In this document: in pieces, positions 58,530-64,000 of the stretch | Numbering within the stretch: position 1 is the first letter of the stretch | Layout: each line of letters begins with the position of its first letter | Source of the DNA: Acidimicrobiia bacterium | GTDB lineage: Bacteria > Actinomycetota > Acidimicrobiia > Spongiisociales > ZC4RG35 | Direction of reading: 5' to 3' | NCBI GenBank assembly: GCA_965248705.1 | Contig: CBDFJY010000002.1 | Span: forward strand, 919,095 to 983,094 | Length of the DNA: 64,000 nucleotides | Notes under the pieces: generated by a model | The model's database searches: none | Seen by the model: the letters and a program-made list of their open reading frames with translations, nothing else | Told to the model about the DNA's origin: nothing | Position numbers and translations under genes: made by a program

Positions 58530-60646
58530 TTCCCGCCCGTCTTCCCGTTCAAGGTCACCACCAGGTTGAGTTGGGAATCCACCCGGATGTGGCCGCCCGG
58601 GCCGATAACTGCCGTCGACTCCTGTTCTTCGATGATGGCCGGGCCCGCCATCTCGTCACCTTCTCTCAGTCGGTATCGGTCGTAGACGGGAGTGTCCCGG
58701 AAGGCGGCATTCTCGGGGAAATAGGCCGGTCTCCTTCCCTTGAGGGCCGCCCCGTCCGCAGGAGGCCGGTCGCCGGTCTGTCGGTGGACCACCGGTGCCG
58801 GCCCGGCGCTCACGACTCTCCAAGTAAGGGCTTCCAGCCCGACCTCGGGACCGGAGCGGCCGTAGAGATCCCGATAGACCCGATCGAAGCCCTGCTGCAG
58901 GGTCTGGTAATCCTTTTCCCCCAGAACCTCTCCGGGAACCGGGACTCTTACCTCGTGGCCCTGTCCTATGTAGCGGATGTCAACGCTGCGGGTATGGGTT
59001 ATGTCATCCGCCTTCGCTCCCGAATCCGCCAGCAGTGCGGTTCCCTGCTGCTCGAGGTTGGAGAACATGCCGTTGAGGAAGTCCCAGTCGAGGTTGTCCA
59101 GTTGGGCATAGTGGGACTGGACAAAGTCGAAGGCCAGAGGGGCGACCAGGAACCCCAATGCCGAGGTGACCCCGGCGGAGGGAGGGAGAATCAGGCTGGC
59201 GCTGCCGGTCAGTTCGGCGACCCGGTACCCGTGCACCGGCCCCGCCCCTCCGAAGGCGATCAACGGCAGCGAGCGGGGATTCTTCCCCCGCTCCACCACA
59301 TGAACACGCGCGGCGTTGGCCATGTTTTCGTTCACCAACTGGTGGATGCCCCAGGCCGCTTCGGTCACCGACAGCCCCATCGGTCCGGCGATCTGGGATT
59401 CGATGGCCCGGCGGGCGGATTCGGTGTCGAGCGTCATTCGGCCGCCCAGGAAGTAGTCGGGATCAAGATAGCCGAGGGTTAGATCGGCGTCGGTAACGGT
59501 CGGCTGGGTGCCGCCCAAGGCATAGCAGACCGGGCCGGGATCCGATCCGGCCGACTGCGGCCCGATCTTGAGCAGCCCGAGTTGGTTGATCCGGGCGATC
59601 GAGCCTCCTCCCGCCCCGATCTCGATCATCTCGATCACCGGTACCTTCACCGGAAGGCCGGAGCCTTTTCGGAACCGGTACCGCCGGTCGACCTCGAAGT
59701 CGTATGTGACCGACGGACGCTGCTCCGCAATGACGCACAGCTTGGCGGTGGTGCCACCCATATCGAAGGAGAGAAGGTCGTCAACTCCGGCGTCCGCACC
59801 GAGGGTTGCCGCGGCCAGCGCCCCGGCCGCCGGGCCGGATTCGAGAAGCCGGATGGGAAAGCGGGTGGCGGTCTCCACCGTGGCGATACCCCCCGAGGAC
59901 AGCATCGCAAAAAATGACCCTCCGAATCCCATATCGGCCAGACGGTCTTCCAGGCCTTGCAGGTATTGCTCGGCCAGGGGCTGGACGTAGACGTTGGCGA
60001 TCGTGGTGGAGGCGCGTTCGTATTCTCTGATCTCGGGGGCAACTTCGGAGGAGATGGAGACCCGCAGGCTTGGCGCGGCGCGAGCCACCGCCCGGCGGGC
60101 GGCCTGTTCGTTGGCGGGATTGGCGAAGCTGTGAAGAAAGCTGATCGCCACCGCCTCGATTCCCCGCTCGGCCAGCTCGGCAGCCAGCGTTTCCACCATC
60201 CCCTCGTCCACTTCTGCCAGCAACTCGCCACCCGCCGCGGTCCGCTCGGGAACATCGAAGCGAAGATGGCGGGGGGTCAGGGGACGGGGCAACTCCAGAA
60301 ACAGGTCGTAGAGCTCGTAGCGATGCTCCCGCCCTATCTCGACCGAATCCCGAAACCCCTCGGTGGCCAACAGGGCGGTGCGGGCGCCCGTGCGCTCGAT
60401 GATGGTGTTGGTTACCAGGGTGGTTCCATGCACCAGATGTCTGATCTGCGATGTCTCCAGACCGGACCGGGCCAGAGTTTGGGTTAGCACCTCCTCCACC
60501 CCCAGGGAAGGGTCGCCGGGCGTGGTTAGCACCTTTCCCACCACTGTTTTCCCCGAGCGGTCGTCGACCAACAGCAAATCGGTGAAAGTGCCTCCGATAT
60601 CCACCCCGATGCGATAGGCGGCCACTGGCGAGCCGGAAGTTTTCAT
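58526..60646 (-). CDS. hyuA: Hydantoinase A / 5-oxoprolinase subunit
   Basis: YRIGVDIGGTFTD acetate/sugar-kinase-like fold. Stop overlaps the hyuB start (ATGA). Confidence 0.85.
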   Translation of the reverse strand: MKTSGSPVAAYRIGVDIGGTFTDLLLVDDRSGKTVVGKVLTTPGDPSLGVEEVLTQTLARSGLETSQIRHLVHGTTLVTNTIIERTGARTALLATEGFRDSVEIGREHRYELYDLFLELPRPLTPRHLRFDVPERTAAGGELLAEVDEGMVETLAAELAERGIEAVAISFLHSFANPANEQAARRAVARAAPSLRVSISSEVAPEIREYERASTTIANVYVQPLAEQYLQGLEDRLADMGFGGSFFAMLSSGGIATVETATRFPIRLLESGPAAGALAAATLGADAGVDDLLSFDMGGTTAKLCVIAEQRPSVTYDFEVDRRYRFRKGSGLPVKVPVIEMIEIGAGGGSIARINQLGLLKIGPQSAGSDPGPVCYALGGTQPTVTDADLTLGYLDPDYFLGGRMTLDTESARRAIESQIAGPMGLSVTEAAWGIHQLVNENMANAARVHVVERGKNPRSLPLIAFGGAGPVHGYRVAELTGSASLILPPSAGVTSALGFLVAPLAFDFVQSHYAQLDNLDWDFLNGMFSNLEQQGTALLADSGAKADDITHTRSVDIRYIGQGHEVRVPVPGEVLGEKDYQTLQQGFDRVYRDLYGRSGPEVGLEALTWRVVSAGPAPVVHRQTGDRPPADGAALKGRRPAYFPENAAFRDTPVYDRYRLREGDEMAGPAIIEEQESTAVIGPGGHIRVDSQLNLVVTLNGKTGGK

Positions 60647-60780
60647 GGAACGCTTTGGCCGATCCCGTTGTGTCTCTGAACAGAATCCAGACTACCGGTT
60701 GGGATCAATGACGCTCTCGGGAATTGCCCTGCGCCCTTCCCAAATCCGGATCAGCGCCGGGCGGTGGAGCATAGTCTGGG

Positions 60781-61680
60781 ATGGGCATGACGTCACCCCC
60801 GAACTCGGCCGGGTTTGCCCGACGACCCGGTTTGGGATTTGCAATGGCATTGACAGGGGGAGTCTTGTTCGGCGTTTCGGGTACGGTGGCCGCCGGCCTG
60901 TTCTCCTCCATCACTCCGGCCGAACTCAATCAGTACCGGCTGGTCGCGGGGGCGGCGATCGTTTCCGGGATGGCGGCGCGCAAGGGTCTGGTGCGCCACG
61001 AAGGAAACCTGGGTTGGCTGGCGTTGCTCGGTCTGATAACCGCCACCGTTACCTATCTCTATTACGTGGCCGTCGAGCGATTGGGGGTGGGCCCGGGAAC
61101 AACCATTCAGTTCGTGGCCCCGGTCCTGATGTTGTTGTGGAGACGGTTCGTCCAGCATTTAGCAGTACCGTCCACCGCCTGGACGGGCGCCGCGGGCGCG
61201 GTGATCGGGGTAGGTTTGGTCACCGGCGCCTTCTCGGCCGAGTATGCAGATTCGGTGGGCATGCTGGCCGGTCTGGGGGCGGCTTTCTCCTTTGCCGCGC
61301 TGACCATCGTGGCCGAGAAGCTGGGCAAGACCCTCCATCCCATCACCTATACGGCCTATGGATTGACCATCGCCGCTCTGATCTGGGCGGCGGCGCTGCC
61401 GGTGAGCACTCCCCATCTTTCGGTGGTGGGCTGGGTGGGGATCGCCTGGGTGACAATTATGGGAATGGGGATCCCGTTTCTGCTGCTGATGAGCTCCCTC
61501 CGTCACATCAGCCCCGGACCGGCGGGGGTGGCTGCCACATCCGAGCCCATAGTGGGGGCCCTGGTGGCCTGGGTGGCGTTGGGCCAAACGCTTTCTCTTC
61601 CCCAGGTGATGGGAGTCGCACTAACCGTTCTAGGTGTGGCGGTGGTGCAATTCAGCACCCGACGAACCCCTGGCTTCTGA
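60781..61680 (+). CDS. DMT-superfamily (EamA-like) transporter; start uncertain
   Basis: Ten hydrophobic segments in two EamA-type halves. Confidence 0.55.
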   Translation: MGMTSPPNSAGFARRPGLGFAMALTGGVLFGVSGTVAAGLFSSITPAELNQYRLVAGAAIVSGMAARKGLVRHEGNLGWLALLGLITATVTYLYYVAVERLGVGPGTTIQFVAPVLMLLWRRFVQHLAVPSTAWTGAAGAVIGVGLVTGAFSAEYADSVGMLAGLGAAFSFAALTIVAEKLGKTLHPITYTAYGLTIAALIWAAALPVSTPHLSVVGWVGIAWVTIMGMGIPFLLLMSSLRHISPGPAGVAATSEPIVGALVAWVALGQTLSLPQVMGVALTVLGVAVVQFSTRRTPGF

Positions 61681-61706
61681 AATTGTGACGGCATAGGGAC
61701 CAGGTT

Positions 61707-62567
61707 GTGGGCACATCGGTAACCATCACAGGAACGGGCATGCCGCTGCCGTCCATCACGCGAGCCGGACCGGGCGTGCTGGTGCGCTCGGAGGGATTGG
61801 CGTTGCAGTTCGATGCGGGCCGGGCGACTTCCATGCGACTGGCGGCCTGTGGCTTGACGCCGGTTGACCTCGATGCGGTGTTTGTCACACATCACCACAG
61901 TGATCACCTCAGTGGGTTGGAGGATCTGGTGATGTCCCGGTGGATAATGGATCGGCTCGACGAGTTGGCGCCACTTCCGATCTTGGCGCCCTTCGGTCCG
62001 GCCACGGACTTCCTGAAGCGGATGCTCGACCCGTGGGAGCATGACTTGGCGGTGCGGAGCGTTCATACCGGTCGGGGAACCTACCCGGGATTCGAGGTGA
62101 AGCCCTTTGAGATCGAAGACTCCTTGGGCGAAGTGTGGTCGCAGGGAGAGATACGGGTGAAAGCTGGTCCGGTGCGCCACGAGCCGGTGACTCCCGCGGT
62201 GGGATACCGCATCGAGACTCCCGATGGGGTTGTGGCCATCACCGGTGACACTCTGGTGTGTGAGGAAGTGGCGAGCCTGGCTGTCGGCGCTGATGTGTTG
62301 GTGTATGAGGCAATGCGTTTCGAATTGGTCGAGGCCATGCCGAAAAATGTGCACTTCATACTCGGCTACCACGCAGATACTCGGCTGATCGGCGTCCAAG
62401 CCCAAAAGCTGGGGGTGAAACACCTCATACTGACCCACCTCGTCCCCGAGCCCGCCAACAAAGGGGATCGCCAGGCCTTCGTGGACGACATCCGAAACGG
62501 CGGATACGACGGGAATCTGACTGTCGCCAGCGATTTGTCTACTGTTACTCTGAGTAGAGAGGAATAA
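61707..62567 (+). CDS. MBL-fold metallo-hydrolase
   Basis: VFVTHHHSDH motif. Confidence 0.75.
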   Translation: MGTSVTITGTGMPLPSITRAGPGVLVRSEGLALQFDAGRATSMRLAACGLTPVDLDAVFVTHHHSDHLSGLEDLVMSRWIMDRLDELAPLPILAPFGPATDFLKRMLDPWEHDLAVRSVHTGRGTYPGFEVKPFEIEDSLGEVWSQGEIRVKAGPVRHEPVTPAVGYRIETPDGVVAITGDTLVCEEVASLAVGADVLVYEAMRFELVEAMPKNVHFILGYHADTRLIGVQAQKLGVKHLILTHLVPEPANKGDRQAFVDDIRNGGYDGNLTVASDLSTVTLSREE

Positions 62568-63245
62568 ATGGGCAGCCCAATGGAGTCGGATAAGGAATCT
62601 CCGTCTTCGACGCGCTACGTTCGCCGTCTGGTTCGCAAGCTTGGCGACGCCATAGGGGTAGAAGAGCGAGTCCTGGTTTCGGCTCGCCGGGTCGGGCACC
62701 TGGTTCGTAAGCTGGGTCATAGTGTGGAGGGTGATGAGCCGGATCGGGTTCAAGACACCATTGACACCAACCAGTTTCGCAAGGCCTGCGGACAGTTCAT
62801 GACCGGAGTGAACGCGGTCACCGCTGTCGATCAGGAGTCTGTCCCGGCCGCGCTGATCGTCAATTCCTTTACATCGGTTTCTCTCGATCCGCCCTTGGTG
62901 CTGGTATGCATCGATCGGGACACGAACAGCTACCGCGTCATGTCCACTGCCACCCGCTATGCGGTGCATGTTCTCTCGGCGGATCAGGAGTCGGTGTCGA
63001 GACTATTCACTCGGAGCGACCTATCCGGAGCAGAAAAGCTCGATGGAGTTCCCTGGTCACCGGGTTTTGAAGGGGTTCCTCTCCTCTCTGACTACATGGT
63101 GCGGTTCGAGTGCCGGGTGATCGCCGGCTATGACGGCGGCGACCATGTGATCTACCTGGGAGCGGTGGAGAAGGTGGAGATGGGTGATACCGACCGACCT
63201 GCGCTGGGGTATTTCCGAGGGAGCTATTACCACTATTCGGACTGA
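62568..63245 (+). CDS. Flavin reductase-like (FMN-binding split-barrel) protein with a ~60-aa N-terminal extension
   Basis: FRKACGQFMTGVNAVT...LDPPLVLVCI pattern of NADH:FMN reductase domains. Confidence 0.65.
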   Translation: MGSPMESDKESPSSTRYVRRLVRKLGDAIGVEERVLVSARRVGHLVRKLGHSVEGDEPDRVQDTIDTNQFRKACGQFMTGVNAVTAVDQESVPAALIVNSFTSVSLDPPLVLVCIDRDTNSYRVMSTATRYAVHVLSADQESVSRLFTRSDLSGAEKLDGVPWSPGFEGVPLLSDYMVRFECRVIAGYDGGDHVIYLGAVEKVEMGDTDRPALGYFRGSYYHYSD

Positions 63246-63475
63246 AGCGGGCGGTGATCGCCCTGTGGGCGCACAGAGTCTATGTACCACTATTGTGCAT
63301 CGAACCCCACGGCACGTGGCGGTTCGCCGCGAACTGCTGATTCGGCTGAGTACCGGAGGCAATCTGACCTCTGATACCCACGCCCCCTTACCCGGCCCGA
63401 ACGCGACGCGAGGCCGGAGCGCTGGGCCCCGGCCTCGCGTCGTTCAAGGTTGTTCTTTGAGTTAGAGGAGCGCGA

Positions 63476-64000
63476 TCAGCAGTCGAGCACGATCCATTCG
63501 TCGACTTGGTCGACCATCCGGGTTGGGCCGTCCGCGGTGACCAGGACGTTGTCGGCGATGCTGATCCCGCCCAGCATGGAGCCCTTCACGGGGTCGTCGA
63601 TTCGGACCGCCGGATGGGTGTTGATGATCATGTTCTCGGCCATGATCCGCTCTTTCCCCGGTATCCACGGCGGTTCCAAGGAGTCGACGCCAATGCCGTG
63701 GGCAGTGTAGGAGTTGATGCCCTTCGCCGAAGGATATCCCCAGGCTTCGTAGACCCGATCGCGAGCGTCGAGGACGGTGTTGGATGACTCTCCGGCTTTC
63801 ATTGCCTGCACAACGGCATCGAAGCTCTCCACCCGCATCTCCCAGAACGCCTGCTGTTCAGCGGTTGGAGGCTTGAAGCTGTACACCCTGCGAACCTCCA
63901 CCCAATAGCCTGAAGGGCCTCCCCACTCCAGGTCGAACACCATTATGTCGTCCGGCTCGATCACTCCGCGGGTTCCCGGCCCGAAGCAATCGAAGGGGGC
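63476..64000 (-). CDS. M24-family metallopeptidase (Xaa-Pro aminopeptidase/creatinase-like), C-terminal part; gene continues past the window end
   Basis: C-terminal pita-bread-fold motifs ...YTAHGIGVDSLEPP... Confidence 0.6.
   Translation of the reverse strand, partial: APFDCFGPGTRGVIEPDDIMVFDLEWGGPSGYWVEVRRVYSFKPPTAEQQAFWEMRVESFDAVVQAMKAGESSNTVLDARDRVYEAWGYPSAKGINSYTAHGIGVDSLEPPWIPGKERIMAENMIINTHPAVRIDDPVKGSMLGGISIADNVLVTADGPTRMVDQVDEWIVLDC

Overview
High-GC (~65%) bacterial chromosomal segment. Gene content suggests Actinomycetota: a dnaK-grpE-dnaJ-hspR operon, an overlapping lysC-asd pair, a DUF222/HNH '13E12-like' gene, a stand-alone LigD polymerase domain, an SLH-anchored peptidase and a GPP34 protein. 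This phylum call is an inference from gene content, not a measured result. The first ~25 kb is an amplified accessory locus. A transporter cassette occurs three times in tandem: a substrate-binding lipoprotein, permease 1, a NitT/TauT-type ABC ATPase, permease 2 and an EamA/DMT transporter. Copies 1 and 2 are complete; copy 2 carries an extra EamA gene, and copy 3 has lost permease 1 and the ATPase by an internal deletion. The binding proteins have diverged, while a ~1 kb tract including the ATPase is 100% identical between copies 1 and 2. Interleaved with and following the cassettes is a tandem array of six ~279-aa alpha/beta-hydrolase paralogues on the minus strand, downstream of lysC-asd; a seventh paralogue lies beside a tRNA-Gly(CCC) at 53.1 kb. 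Three copies of a ~200-nt conserved, apparently structured non-coding element sit in the intergenic spacers of this locus. The rest of the window holds housekeeping genes (a cyclophilin, a PHP phosphoesterase, MurJ, methylmalonyl-CoA epimerase, GlpX, a crotonase, HAD hydrolases, MsrB, NUDIX, Ogt, an ECF sigma factor, Dcd, hydantoinase A/B and others). The most notable single gene is a probable UGSC-family selenoprotein with an in-frame TGA and a downstream SECIS-like hairpin, co-oriented with a thioredoxin-like fusion protein. Several gene remnants are present: a PfkB kinase fragment, a TolB-like fragment and a frameshifted DUF222/HNH gene. The many long ORFs antisense to real genes are GC-skew shadow ORFs and are ignored.
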